A stretch of DNA of 64,000 nt, from the NCBI RefSeq assembly GCF_032191835.1, contig NC_083224.1, positions 34,162,001 through 34,226,000 on the forward strand, in the 5' to 3' direction. Numbering within the stretch: the stretch's first letter is position 1; each line of letters starts with the position of its first letter. Both the position numbers and the translations under genes were made by a program. Shown piece after piece: positions 33,959 through 47,600 of this stretch. The notes below the pieces were generated by a model. That model did not search any database and was not told the origin of the DNA. It saw only the letters and a program-made list of their open reading frames with translations. This DNA comes from Heteronotia binoei (taxonomy: Eukaryota).

Positions 33959-36900
33959 TGTATGTCATTCGCCCACAAAATATTAGCTGCAATTTAATAG
34001 CATTGTTGCACTTGTGACAAAACATGGGCTTGCCAGCAAGGAAGGAAAGCAGGAATGAAAGGAGAGATAGATGGGGATGTGGTGCATCCACATAGATGTT
34101 AACAGCTTGGTGACTCCATGGCTGCTTGGTTTTTCGAACATGCTGATTTCTGTCTGTGAATGATTTGGCACATGGATCTGTGCTATAAAAACATTAGTGC
34201 TTTTTTTTTTTTTTTAAATAAGTTTTTGTAAGCAGAAGTTTCCAGATTCTGTTCCAGGCTTCTAAAGTAGCAGGGCTGTCCTGCTGATTGGCCCTGTACT
34301 TTCCAGGCTCACACATGAATGGTCTATTTGACTCCTAACAATATTAAGTTTTTAATCTCTCCTTTCCTTCAAGGAGCTGAGTTTGCTATACATAGTTCTC
34401 TGCTCCTCCATTTCATCCTCACCAAACCTCTGTGAGCTAAGCTAGGCTAAGAGAGAATGACTGACCCAAGGTCACCCTGTGAGTTTCGTGGCAGAATGGA
34501 GATTCAAACTGGGTCCTAATCTGGTACTCTATAAAGATACAAAATTGATCCTCTGATCTGTATTCATCTAGCTACAACATCTCTTCTATTTTCAAGGCTG
34601 TACATCAGGACTATGAGACTTTGTACACCTGCTCTATGGTATTCAAGAGGCCTCCAGGATAGTGTATTGGCAGATCTTCTGCAGTCCTTCCTATAGGATC
34701 AAGAAAATGACTAGAATGACACACAGCTTTGAACTACTGGTACTGAACTGGAAAATCACATTTATGATACGAGCAGCAATGCCTTGGTGTGGATCAGAGG
34801 GGGCAGCCTTCCCTAACACCACTGTTCTACCAGCACATCTGGAACTCCTCATCCAGGCAATAGTTCATAAGTAGTACACCCATTTCACATGTTGAAGGTC
34901 TCAGCTTGAGTCCCTGACTTCTCTGTTTTAAATTATCTCACACAGCTGGACTGCAGTGGACCTCTGACCAGAACCCTACAGATCCAATGCCTACCAGAGT
35001 AAACACTATTGGGCTAGGCAAGCCAATGTCTGGTTTTAAGACGAGGCAGTGATATTGCATTTAGCCATGATGGCAGGTGCTATAAGTGTCTGCTTCTTCA
35101 TATGTTCACAAGTTCCACCCACTTTACACATAGTCCACGAACACATGAAGCTGCCTTCTACTGAGTCAGACCTGTGGTCCATCAAGGTCAGTACTGTCTA
35201 CTCAGACTGACAGGAGCTCTCTGGGGTCTGAGGCAGAGGTCTTTCACTTCCCCTGCTAACTGATCCTTTTTAACAGGAGATGTTGGGGACTGAACCTGGA
35301 CCTTCTGTGTGCCAAGCAGATGCTCTAGCCTTAAGCCACCATCCAGTAAATTCTGAGTTGCTTATTGGGAACTTCATGTTGTCTCAGACCACCTGAGCTG
35401 TCTTTTGTCCTCTTTGTGTTTTTGCTAACATTTTAATAACTTGGCATATGAATCCATTGTCTAAATTTCAAGGAATGCAATGAAGCTTCAGAAAGGCATG
35501 TCAGAAAGCCAACAGCTCAGCATGAGTGATCTTGTACTTATTAACTAAAACATGCTGCTTTATTTCTCTCCACTAATTGGACACCTTAAGCCTATTATTA
35601 AACCATTACTGGCAGATGCAAGAGTGGCCTCACCCATAATGAATTTACCAGCCGCTGGCATACCACAAAGGGGCATTTTTAATAGTTAAGGGCTAAACTC
35701 AAGAGCACATAGGATTTTCCAGCCCATTAAGAAATATTGCACAACCGGCAACATTGTGAAACCTCTCAATGACTTCAAAGGATTAAAAACATGTTTTTGC
35801 ATATCAAACGTTAGGGAATGTATAGCGCCATCCTCAGGAAAGTTATACCCTTCCAAGTCCATTTACTTTAACGGGCTTAGAAGGGTTTAACTCTGCTTAG
35901 GATGACATTACTACTGTGTTTAGCCACAAAATGCACAGTCCAAGCAGTTATACTGTACTTACGTCACTGTGTGTGTTAAATGGCATCATGTCACTTCCAG
36001 CTTATGGCAACCTGACGAATTAATGACATCCAAAGCATCCTATCATTAACAGCCTTGCTCAGGTCTTGCAAACTGAAGGCCGTGGCTTCAATTTCAAGGG
36101 AGGTCTTCCCCTTTTCCTGATGCCTTCAATTTTCCCCAACATGACTGTCTTTTCCAGTGACTCCTGACTTCTCATAATGTGACCACTGCTTAGTCATTTT
36201 AGTTTCTAGTAAAATTTGATCTAGAAGCCACTTATTCGGTCCACGGTATCCATAAAACTCTTCTCTAATACCACATTTCAAATGAATCAACTTTCTTGCT
36301 GTCAGCTCTCTTCATTGTCCAGCCTACAGCAGAGAACCAGTTTGGCGTAGTGGTTAAGTGCACAGACTCTTATCTGGGAGAACTGGGTGTAATTCCCCAC
36401 TTCTCCACATGCACCTGCTGATGTGACACAAGTTCTCTCAGAGCTACTCTGCTCGAGAGCAGTTATGGGAGAGCTCTCTCAGCCCACCTACCTCACAGGG
36501 TGTTTTTGTTTTGTTTTTCCTATTCAAGTCAATTGGACCTGAAAAATATCAGTATTCCCAAATATCAGCATTGTTATTGTACTGGTGTTCGGGGACTATC
36601 CCCATAATGGAGGATTTCACTCACCATGTTGTGCTACAATGTGACTCACTGAGTTCATGCCCAAGTAAAAGCCAAATAATATTGTTTTTTTTAATTTGTG
36701 CATGGCTATTTTGGTAGCCAAATCAGATTGTCTAATCTGTATTTGACTGAATAAATACCTGAAAAATATCAGTAAGGTATTTTTTGGGTATTTATTTGGC
36801 TCACATCTCTACCAGCAACCCATCCTTAGACTTAAGAATCTCTTCTTGTTCCTTCGTGGTTCCGCTTCCCATTCTCAGTCTCCTTAGCTGGTCTTTCTTT

Positions 36901-37789
36901 GGCTTCTATGGCAAGATGTGTTCAAGTGGTACAATGGCTGCTTACAATTTCTTGGAAAATGTACGGTGAGCATCTTTTGCCTGGACAAGAACACACTAAG
37001 AATATAAGAAGATGCCAGCTTAATCCATCCAGTTCAGCATCCTGTCTCACACAGTGGTCAACCAGTTATTGAGGAGGACCAACTACAAAGCTCAGAGGTA
37101 AAAGCCTTCCCCAATGCTGCCTCCTGGCATTGATATCCAGCAGTTTACTGCCTCTGTCTGTGGAGGTTCCTTTTAGTCATCATGGCTAGTAGCCATAGGT
37201 GGACCTATCTTCCATGAATCTATCTAATTCCCCTTTACATCAATGCTTGTAGCCATCACTTCTTCCTTTAGTAGCAAATCCCACAAATTAATCATTCTAG
37301 TAAAGAGGTACTTCTTTTGGCCATCCTGAATCTGCTGCCCATCAGCTTGATTGGGTGCCCTAAAATTATACCCATTGCCCTTTCCCTAAAGAGGTTGTGC
37401 TCATGTATCCACTTCCCACAGATTTAAGTTTTTTAGTTTCAACAGAGAGCCCGCGCTGGCCATTTGCTTTAGCAGAGCTCAGTTACACACAATGAGAAAG
37501 AACAAATGTGGAAACTCTATCCAAACAATTAGCAGAAGGGATTTACAGTCAATGGGTTCATTGCAGAAAAAAAAAATAAGTCTTTCCTTTGAATTTCAGT
37601 ATTTTGATTCAATCTTTAGTCAGGGAAGACAAAGGCTCATTGTGAAGTAATAAATCCATTTGGTTTGAGTGAGTAAAACACACAGGAATGTGTGTTTCAA
37701 CAACACAAAAACCCCTGTAGAAACTACATCCAAAAATGCTACTTTTAAATAACCCAAATGATTGTTTGGTGTGTTTGCGGAAAAACTAT

Positions 37790-38180
37790 ATGTTGTCAAA
37801 GGCTTTCACGGCTGGAGTTCATCAGTTGTTGTAGATTTTCTGGGCTGTATGACCTTGGTCTTGGCATTGTGAGACCTAACATTTCACCAGGAATTGTGAC
37901 TGGCATCTTCAGAGGTATAACTCAGAAAACTGGAGTTCTCTCTGGGTCAAGTGAGAAGAAGATGGTAGGTAGGTAATTTATATCTACTCAGGAAGGTGGA
38001 GTAGGGCTGAGTCATTATCTTGTAGGACCCAGCTACATTCAAAAAACTAAAATGAGATCCAACTGGCAAAATCACCAGACAAATAAGCTCGCTGATCAGG
38101 AATTCTTCACTTCATCCTGACATGCACAAAAAACTATGCAAGACACAAGCACGGCCACCACGACTAAATGGATTCCCTAA
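37790..38180. mobile_element. Penelope-like retroelement remnant: inverted 3' end plus RT fragment
   Basis: tgttgtcaaaggctttcacggc end motif; + strand PPRLNGFPKIHKD resembles the PLE RT motif PRLYGLPKIHK; hammerhead-like core on the minus strand. Confidence 0.7.
37874..37916 (-). ncRNA. Minimal hammerhead ribozyme-like motif
   Basis: Minus strand ACCU-CUGAAGA-U-GCCAG-loop-CUGGU-GAAA-UGUU-AGGU: core boxes, stem II and 4-bp stem I present. Confidence 0.55.
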
Positions 38181-39189
38181 GATTCATAAGGACTCATTTG
38201 AGAAGAATACTTTGAGAGACGGGCATGTGCAAGAGATGGCTTATAAAAAATTTATTTGGCTTATGAAAAAGCAGCATTCAGCGAAACATGATTTTTCAAG
38301 CTGGCGATCACGTGAAGGCAAACTTACCTTTGGAGCTGACTTTTGTGGATAGATTCTATGCCAGGATTTAACTTTGGATTTTCTACAACCTCTCAAGGAC
38401 TAAGAACTCTTTCAGAGTCACGCGGTAAAATTGACTTGTTCTTTATGGGACACTGTGCTTATAAGTTTTGTGTCTATACTGTTGTTATATTAATGCTTAT
38501 TTATCTATAAAAAGTATTCTGAATGTTTTTACTTAAAGTATGTGTACGTTTTAGGCGCAGTTGTTATCCATAGTTTGGGAGCATACCCCATTGAATTCAG
38601 CAGAGCTTACTCCCAAGTTCACATGCATCATATCTAGCTGAAAGTTTACAACAGGGGTGGCAAATTTCCAGCCTGCAAGACAGAACCAGCCCACCTAGGA
38701 CTTTAATCAGGCCCACTGGGCTCTTTTCTCCCCCCCCCCCACTCCACTCCTGTCATCACCCTTTGAAGCTCCAGGGCTGCCGAAGTTCCCAGCTCCTTCT
38801 TCCTTGTCTTTGCAGGCTGAAGCAGGAAGCAAAGCTGCAAAGAAAATGTGGAATGGACTTTCCGTGAAGGTCTCTGGACACAGAGACCTTAATGGAAAAT
38901 CCATTCCATGTTTTCCTTGCACCTTTGACTGTGCTACAATGTATTTTAATAAGTGGCCAACTAGAAGCTGTTCCTTGCTGGAATTGTGTGACCTTGCAAT
39001 TAAGAGGTTGATGCTTTGAGCCAACATGTCTCTGCTGAATGGACCTTAGAACTGGCGCCTAGTGAGTACTCTAACCTGGGAATCCACAGTCAAAGGGGGA
39101 GGGCTTTTTTGTAGGAAAACTCATTTGCATATCAGGCATATTGAATTATTTAATTTATTCATAAATGATCTGGAACTAGGGGTGGGTAG

Positions 39190-40125
39190 TGTAGTCTAGT
39201 TTGCAGATGATACCAAATTATTCAGGATAGTGAAATCCAAGGCTAACAGTGAAGAGCTCCAAGAGGACCTCCACAAACTGAGTGAGTGGGCAATAATGTG
39301 ACAAATGAAGTTCAGTGTTGGTAAGTGTAAGGTGATGCACATTGAGACAAAAAAAATCCAATTATAGGCTAATGGGATCTTAACTTGCTGAGACTGAAAG
39401 GGGAAAAGATCTTGGGGTCTTAATGAATGTGTCAGCCCACTGTGCTGCAATGGTTAAAAAAAAATAAAGAGGCAAACTATGTTAGGGATAATTAGGAAAG
39501 GGATTAAGAATAAAGCAGCCAATATTGTGATGCATCTGTATAGAACTATGGTGCAACCTCATTTAGAGTACTGTGTACAGTACAATGACATCTCAGAGCT
39601 GGGAAAATTACAGAGGAGGGCAACCAAGATGATTGAGGGCTGGAGCACCTTCCCTGCGAGGAAAGGCTGAAGAGTCTGGGACTTTTCAGTTTAGAAAACA
39701 AATGACTAAAGTGGGACATGCATGGGGTAGAGAGAGTTGACAAAGAGAACTTTTTCTCCCTCTCCCAAAACGCTAGAACTTGAGGACATCCAATGACGCT
39801 GATGGGCAATAAGTTTTGGACAGACAAAAGGAAATACAACTTTATACAGAGAGTGATTAAAATGTAGAATTTGCTGCCAGAGGAAGAAACAGCTTTAAAA
39901 AGAGATTTGATAGATCCATGGAGGATATGTCTAGCAACAGCTACTAGCTGTGGTGATTGAGGGGAACCTTCACATTCAAAGCCAGGAGACAATATTACAA
40001 GAAGGCCTCGGCCTCTGTGTTCTGTTGTTGGCTGTCCAGAGGAACTGGTTTGCCACTGTGGGAGACAGGATGCTGGGCTAGATGGACTATTTGTCTGATT
40101 CAGCAGGGCTCTTCTTATGTTCTCT
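39190..40125 (+). mobile_element. Degenerate CR1 ORF2 3' part (RT motif FADDTKL) and tail
   Basis: tttgcagatgataccaaatta, QPHLEYCVQ motif, frameshifts, ending cttatgttct. Confidence 0.85.
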
Positions 40126-41374
40126 CAAGTTATCTGTGGCGCATTAGACCTGTGAGGGCCCATTCATATTCCTCAGCAGTGACTTAATGTTGCAGTCCTC
40201 GTAGGGAACAGGCAACTGTGAACAAATGTGAGCCAGTCTGAAGATTTCATTTGCCTCCACAGTATGCTACAACAAATTATCACCTAATTATGTCGCATTA
40301 TATCACCGCCACTCGACCAGCTGGGTTTTAAATTGGGTGTGCTGTTCATTTGCATTTTTAAGCACTCATTGACATTGATTCCTTGTTCTGTTTTTCAGGC
40401 GCTGGACAGTTTATAATATTAAAAAGATTATAATGATCATTTAATAAGATGCAGACTGAGCAGTTGCCTGGCAGTCTGCCCTGCTGAATGGAAGCAGTAT
40501 TCCAATTCCTAGTTTCACTGGCTGCTTTGCATTAAGAGCTATGTCAAAAGAACCAAAGAATTACTCACAATTAGAAATAGGGTTTTTTTTTAAATAACCC
40601 ACTGTGATGGACTGCACCTTTTAAGAGGCTTACAAGTGCTGTACCAACAACTAAAGGACTGTGAATTGTTAATTCTTCACAGAGCCAGAGAGCCTTGAGT
40701 GACAGGCTGCTTTAAGCAATCTGATTGGTTAGCATCAGCTGAGCAAAAAATAAAAGGCCTTGAGAGAGCTGAATGCTGAGAAGATTCAGTCAGATTCCTG
40801 CCTTAACTGAGAAGATGTTCTAAGGCTGTCTGAGAATAGCCCTGTTAGAAAAGGGGGTTTACTGCTGACAGGGTCATATTTCAGCCTTGACTGAATACAG
40901 TCTGGATTCAGTATTAGCTGAGAGTAATTAGAACACAGAACTGGAGGAAAGTTTGGCAAGGAAGTTTGGGTAGTAGAGGAGACTCCCATTCAGACCAAGG
41001 GAAAGGGGATAGATCTTCTAGAGAGAGAAGATCTCCTACCCAGTCAAACAGGAAAAGTTGTCTCTGAGGAGTGTGGAGATACCTGCTCTGGTGCGATTAG
41101 AAACTGCCTGTAGTGACTTTAAAAGTCAGTCAAAAACTCAAGAAGATTACTGGTGTTCCAAAGAGAAAGGGTCTGGGTACTGGAAAGAGTGTACCAGCCT
41201 TTTGGGCACAAAAAAAAACAACCAGCAATTATGCAAATAAAGTGAATTAGAATGTTTGAGAAACACTGGAACAAAAGCCTCTCAATATCAAGATCTAAAT
41301 AACTGCAAATCATTTAAGAACCTCTCATTAGCCTGATATATAAGAACAAAAGTGTGTGCTTGTACTAGTTTCAC

Positions 41375-41686
41375 TAGAATTCACTGCCACAGAAACTGGT
41401 GGCAGCCACAAGCATAGACAGTTTCAAGAGGGGATTGGAAAAACATCTGGAGCAGGGGTCCATCAGCAGCTATGAGCCACAAGGGATAGATGGACCACTC
41501 CATCTGGGGCAGTGATGCTCTGCATTTCTGGTGCTTGGGGGGCAGCAGTGGGAGGACTTCTAGTGTCCTGGCCCCACTGGTAGACCTCCTGATGGCACCT
41601 GGGGTTTTTGACCACTGTGTGACACAGAGTGTTGGACTGGATGGGCCACTGGCCTGATCCAACATGGTTTCTCTTATGTTCTTACA
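41375..41686 (+). mobile_element. CR1 3' fragment
   Basis: Ends ctcttatgttctta; same family as 11030. Confidence 0.8.
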
Positions 41687-42949
41687 GTACCTCAGTAATT
41701 TCAACCCCTAATTTCATCTCTTTCCCTTCAATATTAAATAAAACATTTAGTTATGTTTGAATTTAAAAAGTGACTTAAATGCCATTGTCAAGGGTTTTAG
41801 TGAAAGGATTATCCTATTCCTTCCCTCAGGTTTCTAGGCTGAGCCAAAATATCTCACTGACACAGAGTGGGACAGCCAAAGTTTCTTCAGGGGAGAAGAA
41901 AACACCTTACCAGGGCTGCTCAGTCAGTGAAGGGACAGAGAAATGGAGGGAAAATTTTGCCTCTGAGCGAGGGAAGTGAATGGGGTACAGCATACCCAGA
42001 ATGTTCTGTTGTTCCATAGCTCTGATCCTTGGTGATAGTAGACTTATCAGTTTTGAAAATATGGCCTCTACAGAGTGTTATAAAATAAAAACCAAGGGCA
42101 TTTGGCAATGAGTTTCCAATGTCACTAAGATGTACACATTTATTCTGTACAAGGTTCTAATAAGGTGAAATGAAAAGAGAAGACTGAACATAAGCAAGTT
42201 CCACTATGGAGATGCTACATAATTGTATACTTTGTTTTGTCTTCAAGCTGAGAAACTCAGTGACCTTGTTGCTAGGCAAAATAATCCGTTCCCATCTTTA
42301 CCATCTTCCTCACACCCTGGATGACATGCATGTAGTCTCCAAGACGGATCCCGCAACAGCATGTACTGAAAATTGGGCTCAGCATCAAAACAAATGGCTC
42401 CAGGAACATTAGCCTTCCAAGAACAGAGTAATCATCCCTCTGTAACATTCCCCCATTCATGCTAATCATGTTAACCTACTTATTAGAGGATAAACACACA
42501 TTTTTAATTTGTTTCCAGCTGCCTCATGATTCACAATGGCTGGAGGCAGAAGAGACACCTTTCAAATCAAATGCTTGGTTACACCACAACAATAACACAT
42601 TGGGATGCTTAAAGAAACCCAAAGGCTTATTATACAACCAAACCCAAGAATCTTCTTGAGTTGCCTATCTTATGGAAATTTTTTTCTGACCTGCTTCAGA
42701 TTCTCAGCAATTGCTTGTTTCTGTAATGCAACCACCACAGTGCATTTTGCGTTTGCAAAACCAAACTCCTATTTCCTTTTTCAGACCTTCTTCTCTGGTC
42801 AAAAACAGTGGAAGAAATGCATATAGATCTTTTTTTTCTCTTTCAGATTTTGATTCAGGTTGTTTTGCTTGGATTCCTCAATAGTGTAGTAACGTGTGGC
42901 AGGAATCGTATAAAGATAATTTCTGCTGATTTCAATAGGAAACACAGTG

Positions 42950-43260
42950 AGACAACTAAGGAAGAGTATGATAGAGGTTTATAAAATTATGCACGGGATA
43001 GAGAGAATTGAAAAAGAGAACTTTTTCTCCCTTTCCCCAAATACTAGAATTTGGGGGCATCCAATGATGTGTAGTAGATTCAGGATGAACAAAAGGAAAT
43101 ACTTCTTTACACAAAGTGATTAAAATGTGGAATTTGCTGCCGGATGATGTAGTGATGGCCACAGGCATAGACAGCTTTAAAAGGTAATTAGATAACTCCA
43201 TGGAGGAAGGTCCATCAGAGACTACTAGCCATGGTGACTAAAGGGAACCTTCATGTTCAC
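42950..43260 (+). mobile_element. CR1 3' fragment
   Basis: gaggtttataaaattatg...gggcatccaatga...gatagacagctttaaaagg. Confidence 0.75.
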
Positions 43261-44189
43261 AGGCAGTCAGTCTGTTCTTATGTCCACAAACTGTTTTGTT
43301 TCTTGCCAGATTAGAATGAATTCTCAGGAGTTGGAGCCTTCACCTGAATTGGAGGCAAACAGGAGAAAGCCTCCCTATTCTACAGGAGCCAAAATGATAA
43401 GTTGCAGACCCATCTTGGGAAAGGCAAAAAAAAAAAAAACATGCTTTGGACAAGCAGTCCGCATAGGTAGGGAGGGAAATGGGCCTGCTTTCCCTTCACT
43501 GGCGCATTCTGCTTTAGTGAATAGGCAAAATCATGCTTACCCCATAAACACCTGCTTAGTTCTAGTTTGAATTTATGCCCTCTCTCCAAGAGGTCTCAGA
43601 TCCTGAGCCAGCAGTTATCATTCATTCTCAGAAGAAACTTAAACCTTCCTAACCAGTGATCTCTTTCATCTTTGCGCATGCTTACAGTTTACTAGGGGTG
43701 AAAGTCCACCTAACCCTTCCATCTGGCTATTTCTCGGGGTTGGTGGGCAGAGTCTGGGCCTTTCTCTCTAGCCCCAGATAACAGGATACTTCAGAGGGAG
43801 AAACTCTCTCTCCAGGCCTCTGAGTGTGACCAATGACTGAGGAAAATGCTTGCTGAATGCAGAAACATCAGTCTTGACTGTTCTGCTTGCTGTGAACATG
43901 GCCAATTGTTCTGATTAGACAAGGAATGCTGCAAATGTTGCATCAAAAGGCTGTGGTCACCCATGAGTAGAGTTGCCAGGCACAGCAAATGGTGGTAGTT
44001 TGAAAAGGCAGAGACATGAGGGGTGCCATCAGGCAACAGTGTGATGTCACTTATGGGGAAAACCCAGAAGTGACATCACACTGCTCTAGGAATTTCTGGA
44101 AATTTTATGATAACTCTGATCTGCTGAACTCATGGCTGCAAGAGCTGAACAGTTTCCAGACATCTGTGGTGCAGAATGCAGAGTTCTAG

Positions 44190-44619
44190 CAGGGGTCATT
44201 TAGTAGAAAAAGAGGTGCTGGAGCTCATTAGCACAACTCATTTGCATATGCCACACACCCCTGACATCACTGGAAGGTGTACTAAATTATATCAGCTCAG
44301 CATCTACCTTAAAATGCTTCTTGAATTATAATTGTCATAATAAAATCTTACTCCCATCATACTTTTTAAATTACTTTCTCCACTGTGGCTACAGTGGCAT
44401 GATGAAGATTTCCATCTGTCTGCTTTATATGTTTTGGTTATTTTCCCATTTTTTATGGGGAAAAATATTAGAAAGTTTGTCAAATCTTAAGAGCTCAGCA
44501 AAATTTTTACAGGGGATTTGAACAATGGAGCCCAGAAATAAGTATATTTTTAGGGGGGGAGAGAAAGAGCACTATAAAATTTAGAAGTTCCTGTGAGCTC
44601 CTGCCCAAAATGAGACCTG
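44190..44619. mobile_element. Non-autonomous hAT element related to the octamer-bearing MITEs
   Basis: Imperfect TIRs CAGGGGTCATTT / AAATGAGACCTG; internal ctcatttgcatatgccacacacccc; TSD ambiguous. Confidence 0.55.
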
Positions 44620-47600
44620 GTTGCTAGGCATGGTCATGACAACTGACAATTGACTTGCGGGGGGGACATAGGGGACACCATCAGCAACAGAGTGACATCA
44701 CTTCTGGGGAACCTCTGGTCACTTCCATGTCATGTCATATCCTTCTAACTGTAGGCAAACTGTAGAGTTTCTGGCAATTCCTAGAGTGGATCAAAGTCAC
44801 TGATGGCCTTTCTCCAACTCTGGTAGGAGAATGGCAGTCCTACACTGTAGCTCTGATGGTGTTCATTTCCTTGTAGTGGTGGAGTTTCATTTCTTTGGCT
44901 TGTTGAAGGTGTTTCTTATCTGTGCAGCAGGTGAAATCAATTTCTCCCCAGGGTCATGGATAGTCAAGTTGCATGCATACCTTTTACAGGAACTGTTTTA
45001 GTAGTTTGGTAGAAAATGGTACCAAGCAAAGAATCATAGGTTCCGTTTCCACAGGGGAGAAACAAACTCAAAAAAGAGATCGTCCGGCAGACACAGCAGA
45101 ACATTTGAAATCATCCCTATGGAAAGAGTACTTCTTAGTAATGATCCAAAAATAAATTGTGTAATTTTTGTTCTTTTGCATACTTTTTTTTTCTTTTTTG
45201 CAGTTTGGAACCACATGACACACGGAAGGGCTGCCCTGCATTATTTAAGCAAATGTTAGCATAGCGATTAAAAGCCAACCTCCCTTTTAATGTAATTTCC
45301 CTATCAGGTAAATATAGGAAAACAGAGAGCCAGTTTAGTGTAGTGGTTAATTGTGCAGACTCTTATCTGGAAGAACCGGGTTTGATTCCCTATTCCTTCA
45401 CTTGCACCTGCTGGAATGGCCTTGGGTCAGCCATAGCTCTAGTAGGAGTTGTCCTTGAAAGGGCAGCTGCTCTAAGAGCTCTCTAAACCCCACCCACTTC
45501 ACAGGGTGTCTGTGGGGGGCAAGATATAAATCCAATATCTTCTTCTTTACATATGCTGGTTATGCCATTAATTTTAATATTTGCTTAAATGTCATTGTTT
45601 TATTGTTTTAATTTTCATACGTAAGCCACCTTAACTACAGAAAATATTCCACAGCCTCCTTCTTGAATTCATCCGAAATGCCCCCAATTTATAAGCATGA
45701 CAAAAATCAAGGACCACTTTTGATTTTGAGATAAAGGACCAGAAATCAAAACGACAGTCAGATGTGTAGACCCAAATGTCTTTGCTGGCTAGAGCCAGAT
45801 TTAATTCCTCCAGCGTTCTTTACAAATCTCGCTTTTTTGAAGCTGGAATTGTTAGCTATTATGCTTATTCCACAGTTTAAGCAGCTGCTGAAAGTACTAT
45901 GACCTCGAGGAATGTTTTGTTTGGCCTAATTGTCCTAGTGTGGTGGTTCTTATTTTTATCTCAGCAAATTAAAGTTTTACCAGGGTTGGACTTTTGTCTA
46001 TTTTTAACTTTTTTCATAGAAGACTGCCCTGAGTGAACCGAGACCGCTGATCCTCTGAGGTCAGGTGTACTATTAATAGACAGGAACTTTTGCCCTGGTT
46101 CTCACTGAAGCAGTAAACTTTTTTTCTGGGTCATAACAGCTCAGAGGACTCACATGACTGAAATTTTCTCTGTGCACAACAAGAATACCCTGCATTCATT
46201 TAAAAAAAAAAAAAAACTACTACAACTACCATGTTACTACTACTACCATGTTAGGGAGTGGTGAAGCCAGACACCCTAGTTTCTATAAGCAGGGTCATAT
46301 TTGTATGGAGGATTTTTTCATCCTGTGAGTTACCACCTGAAGTGGTAACTAGGTTTATGACCTGCGTGAAGTGTTTCAGAGATACTTAATCAGAGGTCGC
46401 AGTGAGTGTTTCAGATCAGCCTCTGCCCTTTCCCTTAGTTTTGTAGACTTCGTACCTGCATTAAATGGCATAAAAATACCAGGTTGCCTGCCAGGAACCC
46501 CGAACATGCAGCAACATGTGGCGTTAAACCAGAAAGCAAGTTATGGTTCACAATCTTGTTCCTGGTTGCACTCCTCTCTTAATGCAAGAGAAGCTGTTTG
46601 CACCAGAGGTCAAACTGGGGAGACCAGAGTTCATATTCCTATGAAACCAGTCATCAAAAGTTACATATGGCCATAACCTGCAAAGCCACATAGCAGTGTT
46701 TACTTTTCACCCCACATGTTTACTTGTCACCCCACAGGTCCCTCAAAGAGTAGAGGTACATTAAGATGATGTGAAGCCCTTAGTGTAGGGTTGCCAGATC
46801 TGGGTTTGTCAGCAAAGGGTTCATTGAAGTTTCAAAATGATCAGACTTGTCTTTGTTAAAAACTAAGTTTCATTTATTGATTACAACAATGTTACTCTCT
46901 ACATGGATTCATTGAAACTGATAACAGACAGCTTGAACCATTGGCATTTATGAATACACTTCAAAGGCTTTGGGCTTTAAACTATTTCTCATAATAAAAC
47001 TACAGTTGTTCCTGCAAGTAACACTTTCACACGCCTGCTTATCTTTTACTGGTGATGGTTACATTCCCCCCCCCCCCTTGGTGATGTCCTTGCTTTGCTC
47101 GGGAGGCGCCAGGGAGGCTAGCTGGGCGCTTTGCACTTCAAAGGCCTCACTGGCCTTTGGAGTCTTGGCAACCTCCATTCCCACCCCTCCTCTTTTCCTT
47201 GCAGGACACATATGTTAGTAGCATAGAATTTTATTCAGTAATGATATTAGTAAGCAGGGATTAAATACATTCATAAAGCAAAGAGACTTCAATGAAGCAC
47301 AGTCTGACAGGGTTGGGGCAAGGAGGGAATTCAGTGGGCTTCCAAAGTGGCCATTTTCTGTTGCCTGGAGATCAGTTGTAATCACAGGGGATTTCAAGAC
47401 ACCACCTTGGCAACCCTACCTGTGTCACTTCAGAATATGAAGGAACAACTTGCACAACTGAATGATTCCCTGGGGGGGTGGGGGAGATCTCTCACTCACT
47501 GTATACAGAAATTAACACATTGGGTAAAAGATCACCATAGAACTGTTCTTTCTAACAGATTCTTTTCCAGTGAGCAGGAAACGTTAGTCTTCACATCGCA

